The notes beneath the pieces are model-generated. The model worked only from the letters and a program-made list of their open reading frames with translations. It was not told the DNA's origin and did not search any database. This document shows, in pieces, positions 36,521-48,358 of a DNA stretch of 64,000 bases (within the stretch, counting starts at the first letter, position 1; each line of letters opens with the position of its first letter). Source of the DNA: Plasmodiophora brassicae (lineage: Eukaryota); NCBI GenBank assembly GCA_036867785.1, contig CP145428.1, positions 310,001 to 374,000 of the forward strand. The letters run 5' to 3'. The translations under genes and the position numbers were made by a program.

Positions 36521-37078
36521 GAAAACGCTCACGTACGTAGAGGTAGAGGATATCGAGCAAACGGAACGACCCCGACAGCAGTTTGTTGACGTACGGCAAG
36601 GGCACGAACCTGGGCGAGTACTGCTCGTGGACGGTGGCGGTGATGACCAGTGCGGCGAACGTGTTCAGCACAGTAGTTCGGACAGTACGCGAGAGCGTCC
36701 ACGACGTTTTCAGGGCACTCGACCTCGAACTGACGGCCGGGCGACGGCGAGAACACCGTCGACACGCTGCCGGCCGCTGTAATATACTTGACTACGGCGA
36801 ATGTCACGTCGTGAGACTCGTTCGCCCACCAGAGCCCGCCTGTGCCATGGGGTCGATCGCGTCCTCCCCGCCCATCGCGAGGCCCCCTATTCTGCGTGCG
36901 CGGGCTGCGGCCAGGCCGCGAGCGCGCCAAGTCCGATTGCAGTCCGGACTTCGCCGGCTGCGTGGGGGGCTGGCGGGCTGCGGCCAGGCCGCGGACCAGT
37001 TTCGAATTTGCAGGACAGGCCACGTACGTACTGCAGGTTTTATTGTGTGCGCGCCTCGACGTCAGGTCCTGTTGCAGA

Positions 37079-37972
37079 ATGTCTACGTACCGGCACGTTA
37101 AGCCCGCCCCGCTGCGCAACGCGACAGTCTTCGTTGTTATATCTCTCATTGCACTTGGCGACGCGACGTGGTTCTGGCTTCACCCTACCGACGCAGATCA
37201 TGCTTGGCCTGTGATGAGTGAGCGGGCAGTCATTCACTCCGCTAATATTCAACGCGAAATCAGCAGCGGTCGATGTTACGCAGTCCTGAACACTATCGGC
37301 AAGCAGGAGGTGGAGCTGCTCGTGGAATTTATGAACGGCACCGACCAGGTAAATATCTCTGTGGTTGCCTCTTCACGACACTGATGAATTTGCGTCGTAT
37401 AGTTCATCGAAAGTGCCCTCGCATGGATCCTCAGTATGCTCCAGCCTAACGCCGAACGACGTCGACCTGTCGATGTCGGACGGCTTCTGTCCGCAGCTCG
37501 CACACTCGAAATGCACCAGCTCCTGATCGCAGCCGCCAGTGCATTGCACGGGAATACCTTGGATATTGGTTCATCGCTCGACTTCCTACGCGGCAAATCC
37601 ATCTCCCTGGATACCATGACGTCTCTGGAAGAAGCCCCGGTCGTATTTCGCAAGCGGTAAGGGACCATGGCCCGCCATGTTCGCGTCATCTCAATTACCG
37701 TTAGATGTATGGGCGGGTGCTCCGTCGCATTTACTAGATCCAATAATGTTGTTGCACAATATCGAACAATACGTCGCTGTAATCACCGTTTCCACCGTAA
37801 ATGTGTCGATGGCTGGATAACGCTATACAATTCCTGCCCAGCATGCAGGGGCGTCGTTGTACCGGAGACGTTTCGTGTAAAGAGTTTGCACGGCGACTTT
37901 GGCATTCCGCAATCATACGTCGATGGCGTGGTTAACGGGGGTGTCTCTGATCTGGTCTCTCTCTCTCTCTAA
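37079..37972 (+). CDS. Secreted SKP1/BTB-POZ-like plus RING-H2 protein, effector candidate (3 exons)
   Basis: SP ...NATVFVVISLIALGDA; SKP1/POZ-like segments WLHPTD..WPV..AVIHSANI, LNTIGKQEVELLVEFM, LLSAARTLEMHQLL; RING-H2 CMGGC...CNHRFHRKCVDGW..NSCPACR; introns at ~37349-37402 and ~37657-37705. Confidence 0.7.
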
Positions 37973-38035
37973 TCTCTCTCTGACTCTCTCTCTCTTTCTT
38001 TTTCTCTGACTCTCTATCTCTCTTTCTCTCTCTCT
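37955..38035 (+). repeat. (CT)n-rich microsatellite / polypyrimidine tract
   Basis: Interrupted CT dinucleotide repeats, directly visible. Confidence 0.9.
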
Positions 38036-38627
38036 GAATACATCACGATGTGTGCACCGTTCCCATTCAAGGAAGGGCTTCGATATCCTGGCAATGATGT
38101 GTTTTCAGGCGCGCGCGAGGCCTGGAGCTAGCGCGCGTGTCCCTGGCCACCTGGCCGAAATGAAGATGGCTGGTCCGGTCGGGATTCAATGTGGGTGCGA
38201 TGAACAAACATCAGCTCAACGGTAGCTAACTACCAAAGCAAATGGTGGTGTGCCCTGTCTCGTACTGCAAACTGGCTGACAAGGAGGGATCGACGGTTTC
38301 GTCCTGCGTGGTCCAGTCCGGAATCGCCTATCAGTAAGGAAATGGACGAGGATACGTGATCCGATGATAACGACAGTACAACGAGTTTTAGCGACTGGCT
38401 GGCCGCCGCTGGAACACACTGTTGGAGGACGACAACCGGTTGCCGATGGTCGGCTTTCCACCAGTAGCCCCGTCGACAAAGATCAATTAGTCCATGTCGT
38501 CTCGTGCATCAGCTCCTAGGGTACCAACATCGCCCCGCTATTAGGGATCGATTGAAGGGTGGGGGTACGGACCGGAACCGGCAATTGGGCATCGTCCAGT
38601 GGTGGGTGTCGTCGTCGCCGGGTGGCC

Positions 38628-38947
38628 ATGTCGGATCGCATCTACTCCGCGGAACAGATCGTCGTCCCGCCCGAGCTGCCGCACCTGCTGAAGGCGTTCA
38701 CGAAGGAGGTCATCCGCCACCACCCCCCGGACATCGTCTCCTTCTCTCGCGAGTACGTCCCCGTAATGTGGTGCACCACCGTCCGGAAGGCCTAACCGCC
38801 GCGGCAGCTACTTCGCCGCCCTGTCCAAAGGCGAGGTGGACCAGTTCTTGAAAACCCTGGTCCGTCCCGTCGTTGTACCTCGCGTTCGCGTGTCACTGAC
38901 TCCGGCTGATCGTCCAGGCCGAGGCGGCCAAGTCGAACGACGCGTGA
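38628..38947 (+). CDS. Small RIIa dimerisation/docking-domain protein (ropporin/RSP11-like), 3 exons
   Basis: RIYSAEQIVVPPELPHLLKAFTKEVIRHHPPDIVSFSRD|YFAALSKG; TGA at 38945-38947. Confidence 0.8.
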
Positions 38948-39256
38948 TTGGCCCTGTCTGCCTCTATGTCGTTTCCCATACACACACCAGCAGCAGCACT
39001 CGTCGTCCGCTCTTTGAATTGGTTTTTCGTAGCGGCAGATCCTGGCCGAAACGTTTGCGCAGCTGTGGCGCGTTTCGGGGGTGCAGGTGCTTCCGCCTGA
39101 CGAGCGGCGGTGGGCGAGAAAAGCGGGACGCGTTCGCGAATACTTTTTTGGCGTGGAAAGCCGATCGATCGGGGACGGGGGCGGTGTGACCGTAGACCGT
39201 CTGGGTCCTTCCGCGGTACAGAGAGGGAACCAAGCCGGGCCGGGCGTGTGGGCACG

Positions 39257-40112
39257 ATGTCGTCGTCCGACGACGAGGTTAACGACGAAGTGTACGACGA
39301 GGAGGAGGATGACGATTTCAACCCCAACGATGACGGCGCCGAGGAGTACGAAGAGGACGAGGAGTCCGACGAGGAAGAAGACGGGGCCGTGGTCGGTGTC
39401 CCGGTCCGTGCACCATGCGGTTCGCTGATGGTACTTCCTGGTCACAGGTAGACAGTCGTGCCAGACGGGGTGCAGGTGACCTTCTCCACGCGTGGTCCTG
39501 CTCCTAACGCGGTTCTCATCGGCGATGTAGGTGGCGATGACGACGTCGGCGAGGAAGAAGGCGAAGACGAGGACGAAGACGACGATGAAGAAGGTTCGGC
39601 AGCTGTACCAAACGGGCGTGCATGCTCTTACGTTGTGAGGTGCAGGAAACGAGGACGATTACTATGTTGAGGAAGAGGAAGAGTACAACGAGGACGAGGA
39701 TTACGCGAAGATGGAAGCGCGTGTCAGCAGCCTCGTCGCCGATGGGCAAGTCGATGAAGCCGTTGATGCATTGAAGTCGTTAACGTCCAGCCTGGCGGCG
39801 AAGTTGCCGGACCTCAAGGACCTGGACGACGACGATGTCGGAATCCACAAATCGTACGTCATCGGAGCGATGTCGCTCTGGGTCGAGTTGCTACACGACG
39901 ATAAGACCAGGCAGCGGTTCTCGAAACCGGGAGCGACTGGCGCCAGCGTCATCGACGACCTGAACACCTGGTCGGACACGTTTCTCGGCGACGAATGCCT
40001 CGAACTGGACGTCACCGATGCCGCCGACGACGACAAGGCCGTCATCAAGGAGTTCATCGAGGTCCTGGAGGAATGCAAGGAGCAGCCAGCCAAGAAGAAA
40101 CAGAAAGCCTAG
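39257..40112 (+). CDS. Highly acidic, probably nuclear protein (D/E-rich N-terminus, C-terminal basic NLS-like tail), multi-exon
   Basis: Long D/E tracts in several exons, then a helical C-terminal region ending PAKKKQKA*. Confidence 0.7.
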
Positions 40113-42408
40113 GAAACACCAGCCATACACAAACATCTGCAATCACCCTGCAAGCCAACGAGCAGACCTCTCCAATCGTGTACCAAGGCGTGTGTTGGTT
40201 ACTGCCAAAGAGCGGCCCGGACAACGAAACGCAACACTGGTTCGGATGGGGCCGAACCTGCCACCATCACGACCGGTGGCCCAGAACTACCTTACCATGC
40301 GATATCAAGCCTGCTATGGAACATTCGCCGTCGTTGAGTAGGGCTGTAGAGCAATTTGCCACAACTCTGGAGGCATGGACGGGCCTGTAACGACCGTGGC
40401 GCATTCCACTTGACGCCTTGTTCCAGTCGATGAATATGCGCCGGGATCTGAATCAGTGGCTGGGGACCTTTCCTGGCAATACCTGCGACTTTTGATGCTG
40501 GGCATGTGGGATTTGAAGCTGCTCTACGGGACTACTGCTCGATTCCGGATGACGTCGTCGACATGGGACGCTACTACCGTTTCTGCGAGGTACAAGCGAA
40601 CAACATCGCGGGTCACCAACAACCATGCGCTCGTTTCCAGCTCTAACCGGAACGTAACCTTTCTACTGAAGCTTACTGACCCTGGAACATTCGCAGTTCG
40701 CATGGAGGGAATTGTTCGTCGATCAGTAGCCCTGTACAAACCCCACGCGCGTTCCGCATCGGAAAGTCGCACGTGTTTCCATGAAACGTGCCCCGTGAGA
40801 TCGAGCAAGCCTGGTATATTTGTTTGTTTGGGTCGGTGACTATCATATATAACCACACCCGTTAGAGAAGCGACCTGAAACGACTGTGGGCCCGAGGTTG
40901 CGCGCGCATCACCGTACGGCGGGTACGCGAATGCGACAGAACCTTCGCGCCGGTATGCTTTTGCACCGGGAATAACGTGTAACGCAGTGGATGGTTTGTG
41001 CGTTCACGAGAAGACGATGCTCAGTATAAGCACGACACGTGTCTGTAACCACTGACTAGGACCACACAAAGCCGTTAAAAGCGAGTATCACATGGAACAC
41101 ATCGGGTATTGATGTCCGAGGCCGGGAGTGGACCTGGTACGGAGCATACTTCGGTGAAAGGCACACCGACGTCGCATCCCGGAGCGATGGTGCGCTACTG
41201 GACAGCGATCCTCGAATAAGAATGCGGATCCGAGCAGTCCAAGACGTTCTGGATATGGATGCTATCGGACAAACCATATGCGGAACCTCAAAGACGGGAA
41301 TGTCGCCGCATCCCCCGATACCAGACCCAACACAGGTAGACCGGTCTGGCTGTGAGAGTGCGGCAGGTCCATCTAGCAGACGGAGAAATAGCGACAGACG
41401 ACGAGGTGCGGCTGTGCCAAAGTGGTGAATGCAAGGCGTTGAGCAATACCCTTCTTCGTGGCAGAATTTCCACCTTGTCAGCGTTATCGTCTTGACAAGG
41501 TGGTGATTATGTCACTTCGACGAGAAATGTAGGCAGCCGAGCCCACGACCATCAGACGGATATGCTGTAAGATCGCGTGACGACAGTACGGGCCATGTTC
41601 ATATCGCATTCTGAAAAAGGCGACGCACCCTACAGCAAGAGCGGACGCGAGTGTATGATGCTGAGCGCAGGACCGAACACGGCATCGCGAAACGACGCTA
41701 TACATCATCGGTTCAACGATGGCGACTTCGGTACAGCGGGCCCGGTCCTAGAGAGCAAACGCCAAGTAAGAATACAGAAGCAGGACAACGAACGGAAAAC
41801 ATGAAAACCGGCTTTCATCACAAATAACCCAATAGAATGTGTAGAGGCGATATCGGACAGCGGCATCGTATCCAGAGCGACAAGGCCCGGTGTCGAGCTC
41901 GAATCCCTATCTGTTCGTCCTAATCATCAAGCGCAACCCAGCAGCAACTGCCAACCGTACCCGGACAACCACCTGCCGCTGCCCCGCGATCCATTTGCTG
42001 TCCCGCGATCCGTTTGCGAAATGACTGCCGCCCGCGTGTTTGCGGCGTTCGTTCGGACTCCGCGGCGCACTACAGCCTCTACAGGGCGTATACATTGTAC
42101 GCGAAGGACTGCGTCGAATGAGGAACATGTCCCGTGGCCGTGCAACGCTGCATCCGTTAGCTTCTACGCTGATGCCGGCACTGGAAGGTCCACACGCATC
42201 CGCCGACGCAGGCCTTCCAAGCGTTGAGGCATGCTCCCGCAACTGCAACGTCGCAGCTGCTCATGAAGACACTGACGGGGCGGGGACGATTTGCGCGCTA
42301 AATCGGGAGCGCGATCGGAATGCGCGCTAAATCAGGACCCTCGGCGCCTGTCGTGCCCCTCCAGTTCAGGGTGCCCCGCCGACGACAAACTCGCTGTCGA
42401 ACGTTGGA

Positions 42409-43795
42409 ATGATGCTGGCCGATATCGTCCCTACGGCGGCCCAGTGGTCGATCGCGACCGGCGCCGTCCTGATCCTCGTGGCCCTTTGGATGATCCGCCG
42501 CACCAAACCGTCCTGGGGCCGATTCAGCGCCCCGACGACCGGCGCATCGCTGTTGTCCTCGAAGGACATGGTCATCGACCGCAATGGCGTCACCTCATCC
42601 GTTGACAAGTATGAGGACTTGTTCGAGGGCGCTCGCACCGGAAAAGTACGCTGATTTCCAAAGGCTTTGTCAAGGGCCTAAATGTGGCGGTGAGTGTAGA
42701 TTTCGAACGAGGACAGCATCGACTCGCGTAAAGCCGAGTACGACACGATGGTCCAGGCGTTCTGTGAGTGCCGCGTGCTCTCCCCTCTCACGTGTACGCT
42801 GACGTCTTGTCGCAGACAACCTGGTCACTGATTTCTGTATGCAAACCTCCTGTTTCGGATGGCCGTTGCTGACGCGTGCATGACAGATGAGTGGGGCTGG
42901 GGGCAGTCGTTCCACTTCGCGCCGCGTTTCGCAACGGAAACTTTCGAGGAGTCGATCCGCCGCAGCGAGCACTACATGGCGTATCGGCTGGGCCTGACGC
43001 CGACGACGAAGGCGGTCGACGTCGGGTGCGGGATCGGCGGCCCCATGCGTCACATGCATGAGTTCTGCGGCGCTGACATCACGGGTGTCACGATCTCGCA
43101 GTACCAGGTCAACATCGGCAACAAGTACAACAAGGCGTTCGGCCTCGCCGACAAGTGCCGTCTCGTCCAAGGCGATTTCCAGAAACTGGCCGAGCAGTTC
43201 CCAGCAAACACGTTCGACGCTGCCTTCGCCATTGAAAGCACTGTCCACTCGCCTGATCGCCGCGTACTTGACCGTTTATCAACCATCCTCATCCTTTGCT
43301 AACGTTGCTGTCAAGGTTACGTTCAAGAATGTGAACGCGATCCTCAAGCCGGGTGGCCTGTTCGCTCTGTACGAATGGGTCATGCTGGACGGGTTCGACA
43401 AGTCGGACACGAACCAGGTTCGCATCAAGGAGGGTATCGAGGCCGGCAATGGAATCCCGACGCTGACCGACATCAAGTACGTATTCGACTGCCTGAACGA
43501 GGCCGGGTTCGACATCGTCGAGAGCTTCGACGCCAATAGCAAGCAATTCGACAGCAACCAGATCCCGTGGTTCGACGGCCTGAACGGTAAGATGACGCTG
43601 AAAGGGTTCCGCATGACGAGTGTCGGTCGCTGGTGCACGAAGGTCTTCGTCACCGCCCTGGAGTCGCTCGGCATCGCCCCGAGCGGCTCGTCGCGTGTGG
43701 CCGCGTTCCTGAATTCGTCCGCCGATGACCTCATCGATGGTGGCAAGATGCAGATCTTCACGCCCCACTACTTCATCCTGGCTCGCAAGCGCTGA
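42409..43795 (+). CDS. SMT1: Sterol 24-C-methyltransferase, copy 1 (5 exons including a 21-bp micro-exon at 42816-42836)
   Basis: N-terminal TM; FYNLVTDFYEWGWGQSFHF; VDVGCGIGGP; AIESTVHSPD; ILKPGG.F..YEW; IEAGNGIP; IFTPHYF..ARK. Confidence 0.95.
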
Positions 43796-43939
43796 AAGCC
43801 CGACCGCCCCTGGAATGCACTACACTTCGAAGCCACTGACGCGTTATTGCGAGTGCGCGACTGCACGAAGCCACGGGACGGGATGCACAACCATTCTCGA
43901 AGCCCCTTCGCGGAGAACGCTCCAAACAACCCTGGTCGC

Positions 43940-44310
43940 TTACATTGGAATGCCGAGGACGTCCATCTTGTGGGAAGCCGTCCCTGCCAGCTCTTCGAGA
44001 CTTGGTATGCTGTCGGTGTCGGATACTGGCGGAGGTTGTTGCTCTTCGTGGTGCGCGCCGAAGTTGACGTTGTCGCAGAGCCAGAGCGCGAATCTGCCCT
44101 GGTCGGAGTCGCAGAACCCGGCGTAGTCGTTGTGGATGATTAGGCGCAGGACCTCGTCGTACGCCTCGGCGAACATGCGCACTGATGACCTCATGTTGCG
44201 GTCCAGCAGGCGGATGCGCTGGCTCGTGGAGACGTTTATCTCGTGTGGGTCATTTTCGACGATGAAGTCCAGCGTGATTAGGGCAGCCTTATCGTGTTCT
44301 GGTCCAGCGG
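43940..44310 (-). pseudogene. Truncated duplicate of the 3' RGS end of the MHYT-RGS gene
   Basis: FIVENDPHEINVS..RIRL..MFAEAYDEVLRLIIHNDYAGFCDS, a paralogue of 45970-46320, with no upstream exons before the promoter of SMT copy 2. Confidence 0.8.
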
Positions 44311-44435
44311 CTTCGTCGAGGGCACGGGATGGGCGCTAAATCGGGTTCCCCGGCGCGTGTCGTGCCCGTCGCCAAAGGCGCTTCTCCCGAGTTCGCGGCC
44401 CGGCGCCAGCGTCACACTCGCTATCGAACGTTGGC

Positions 44436-45827
44436 ATGATGTTGGCCGATATCGTCCCCTCTGTGGCCCACTGGTCGACGGCGACCGGCGCCGTCCTGAT
44501 CCTCGTGGCCCTCTGGATGATCCGCCGCACGAAACCGTCCTGGGGGCGGTTCGGCGCCTCGACGACCGGCGCATCGCTGTTGTCCTCGAAGGACATGGTC
44601 ATCGACAGCAAAGGCGTCACCTCATCCGTTGACAAGTACGAGGACTTGTTCGAGGGCGCTCGCACCGGAAAGGCAAGTCGATTCCCAAAGGCTTTGTCCT
44701 GCAAAGAGCCTAAGTGTGGCCTGACTGTAGATTTCGAACGAGGATAGCATTGACACGCGTAAAGCCGAGTACGACACGATGGTCCAAGCGTTCTGTGGGT
44801 TCCGCGTGCTCTCCCCTCTCACGTGTCCTGCTGACGTCTTGGCGCAGACAACCTGGTCACTGATTTCTGTATGCGCATCTCCTGTTTCGAATGGCCGTTG
44901 CTGACGCGTGCATGACAGATGAGTGGGGCTGGGGGCAGTCGTTCCACTTCGCGCCACGTTTCGCAACGGAAACGTTCGAGGAGTCAATCCGCCGCAGCGA
45001 GCACTACATGGCGTATCGGCTGGGCCTGACGCCGACGTCGAAGGCGGTCGACGTCGGGTGCGGGATCGGCGGCCCCATGCGGCACATGCATGAGTTCTGC
45101 GGCGCGGACATCACGGGTGTCACGATCTCCCAGTACCAGGTCAACATCGGTAACAAGTACAACAAGGCGCTTGGCCTCGCCGACAAGTGCCGTCTCGTCC
45201 AAGGCGACTTCCAGAAGCTGGCTGAGCAGTTCCCAGCAAACACGTTCGACGCGGCCTTCGCCATTGAAAGCACTGTCCACTCGCCTGATCGCCGCGTACT
45301 TGACCGTTTATCAACCATCCTCATCCTTTGCTAACGTTGCAGTCAAGGTTACATTCAAGAATGTGAACGCGATCCTCAAGCCGGGTGGCCTGTTCGCTCT
45401 GTACGAATGGGTCATGCTGGACGGGTTCGACAAGACGGATGCGAACCAGGTTCGCATCAAGGAGGGTATCGAGGCCGGCAATGGAATCCCGACGCTGACC
45501 GACATCAAGTACGTGTTCGACTGCCTGAACGAGGCCGGGTTCGACATCGTCGAGAGCTTCGACGCCAACAGCAAGCAATTCGCCAGCAACCAGGTCCCGT
45601 GGTTCGACGGCCTGAACGGTAAGATGACGTTGAAGGGGTTCCGCATGACGCGTGTCGGCCGCTGGTGCACGAAGGTCTTCGTCACTGCCCTGGAGTCGCT
45701 CGGCATTGCCCCGAGCGGCTCGTCGCGTGTGGCCGCGTTCCTGAACTCGACCGCCGACGACCTCGTCGACGGTGGCAAGATGCAGATCTTCACGCCTTCC
45801 TACTTCGTCCTGGCTCGCAAGCGCTGA
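44436..45827 (+). CDS. SMT1: Sterol 24-C-methyltransferase, copy 2 (micro-exon at 44848-44868; GC-AG first intron)
   Basis: Near-identical to copy 1 with all motifs; C-terminal IFTPSYF. Confidence 0.95.
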
Positions 45828-45969
45828 AAGCCCGACCCCTCCTTCAATTCACTACAATTCGAAGCCACTGACGCACTATTACGAGTGCGTGACTGTGCGA
45901 AGCCACGGGACGGGGTCGCACAACCATTCCCGAAACCACCTTCCGGAGAACGCAAATAACCCTGATCGT

Positions 45970-48358
45970 TTACATTGTCATGCCGAGGACGTCCATCTTG
46001 TGAGAGGCCGTCCCTGCCAGCTCTTCGAGGCTTGATATGCTGTCGGTGTCGGATACGGGCGGAGGTTGTTGCTCTTCGTGGTGCGCGCCGAAGTTGACGT
46101 TGTCGCAGAGCCAGAGCGCGAATCTGCCCTGGTCGGAGTCGCAGAACCCGGCGTAGTCGTTGTGGATGATTAGGCGCAGGACCTCGTCGTACGCCTCGGC
46201 GAACATGCGCACCGACGGCTTCTTGCTGCGTTCCTGGAGGCGGATGCGCTGGCTCATGGAGATGTTGATCTCGTGCGGGGCACCCTCGACGATGAACTCC
46301 TGCATGATCTTCGACGTTAGCGACTTGGTCATTTTCTGATCACGAGGCTTGGTCGAGGTCAGTAGGTTGACGGCCAGCAGGAACATGATGCCCTCCTGGC
46401 GGTAGCCTTGCACTTGCTGATCCTGGTGCGCCTGCATTCAGGGCCACTGTGCAACGCAGTGTTCCAACCGCATGCACCTTTAGGAGCTCGACCGCCACCG
46501 GATGTGCTAGAACTTTGTGCAGTGATTCGCTGGCATCTCCAACGCCTGCAGCGAAAGGTCACCCGCCGCTGTGGGAATTCCCGCGACACGTCTGACCTGC
46601 TGACGGCACCTTATCGTCTGCATACGACAGGCCCATCGACTTTAATGCACACGTCGCAAACGTGCTAGACGTTGTCTTCTTCCTGAAAGGCCACAGTCAG
46701 TGTTCCTTCACAAACAGCAGGTGCGGCTCCGACTTGTCTGATGAGTGTAAAGGACGCAGCACGTTGATCATGGTCAGCATTCGCTGTAGGACGTCGATCA
46801 GAGCCGATAGCACGAATCGCTGAGCGTGCGTGCCACACTTTAGCCGTGTCAAGGTCCCGTCGCGTCTCGACGAGTTCGACGATGGTCTGCGTCAGCTCGT
46901 TCTGGGTCTGTGCCACAACGCGATCCAGGTGGAGCTTGGCCGATTTCAGCTGTGATGCGCCAAACGCCTACATACACATCCCTGCCGTTCATACGACGCA
47001 TGCCACCCATCGACGTCCGCCTCCGTGCACCTCGAGCAGAAAGCAGGTGATGATACCGGCCCAGGCGACGATCAGCCCAACGCTGTCCTTATTCAGGGCA
47101 TCGGCGGCCGGCGCCGACGCCGCTGCATCGTACACGAACACGTGTTGCATTCCCCTGCGGGGGTTCAGGTTCAGTCGGTGGTTGCCCATTGTCCAGTGAA
47201 CCGACGTACGTGTAATGAGCGCCGCAGACGGCGATGCCCATGACGGCTGCTGACACGATCTGGAGCATGGGCATCTGGATGACGAACAGCAGGAGGAATG
47301 CGGCCGCGCTTGCGATGATCGCGATCAGCATGGACGCGGACACCACCCAGGGGTCGAACCTGACACGACGCAGTGTGAGTACTGACGACGACACCAGAAA
47401 TGGGGCCTGCATTATCCGCACTGGATGTGCCCCTGGAAGGTGACCGCCATAAGGCCCGTGTAATGCATGACGCCGACCCCGGTCCCGCTCATCAGTGCGG
47501 CGCCCAGCAGGTACCTGCGAGCGCTGTGAACGTGACATCAGTCACGTTCTACAACAGCACGTACCAGTCCGTTTCCTTGTACAACTTCTTCGGCAGCTCC
47601 ATGCGTTTCAGGTCCTTCATCGCCTAGAGAGCCAGTCGAAGTCAGGACGCCGTTCCAAGGCCCGCATACCTGCCCCTACATGCATCATGGTTCGGCGAAC
47701 GCCAGTGTACCTGGGCATGGCACCGCGTATGAGAGATGGCAATGTGAGTGGACGCGCGCCGGTGTACCCCGTTGTAAGCTGTTGAGCGGGGGAGGGTGCC
47801 GCCTCGCCCCGGGCGATGTGCCGATGGTGGTACCCGCGCATGACAATGAGGAGCGCAAGAACCTCGAGGACGATCGGTGCCACAACGCTGGTCGTGCCCG
47901 CTCGTCAACAAACAGACAGCAATGCGTAGTTGAAGGACCCACCTAATGACGACATGGCCGGGCGAGAATGTGAAGGGGAAGGGTTTACCGTCCGGTGAAA
48001 CCAGGGACAGCGCGGTCATTCCAATGAAGTGCACTGCCGGCATTGTCAACGGCTAGCAGACGTACCAGCGCAGGCGTTCCAATGCTTACTCGCGAAAATG
48101 CCGCACCCGCCCAGGGCGACCGCGGCCCAAACGACCCAGAACAACGGGTTCTTCCGTTTGTACAGCGAGATCTTGGCCTGCTCCACCATGAGGAACGCGG
48201 TGAACGACCCGAAGACCGACAGCGCATAGCTGAGCAGGATCAGCCAATAGTTCCATTGCTTGATGAGCGTCTGGCGGCCACGTTCGCGCGCAGTCAGTCA
48301 GCTGCTGGCCGCAACGATGATTCCATCGACGCACCTCGCCATTGACCTCCACCGCCAT
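45970..48358 (-). CDS. MHYT membrane sensor domain, coiled coil and C-terminal RGS domain (multi-exon)
   Basis: WNYWLILLSYALSVFGSFTAF; ALGGCGIF..HFIGMTAL; GTGVGVMHYTGLMA; FDPWVVSASMLIAIIASAAA; SAAVMGIAVCGAHYTGM; coiled coil QTQNELTQTIVELVETRRDLD; RGS EGIMFLLAV...IMQEFIVEGAPHEINIS...MFAEAYDEVLRLI..NDYAGFCDS. Confidence 0.82.

Noticed and set aside
34200-36900. Assorted short ORFs and a hydrophobic transporter-like fragment (36470-36800, minus strand)
   Set aside because: Stop-riddled, and I could not assign a family; probably degenerate sequence.
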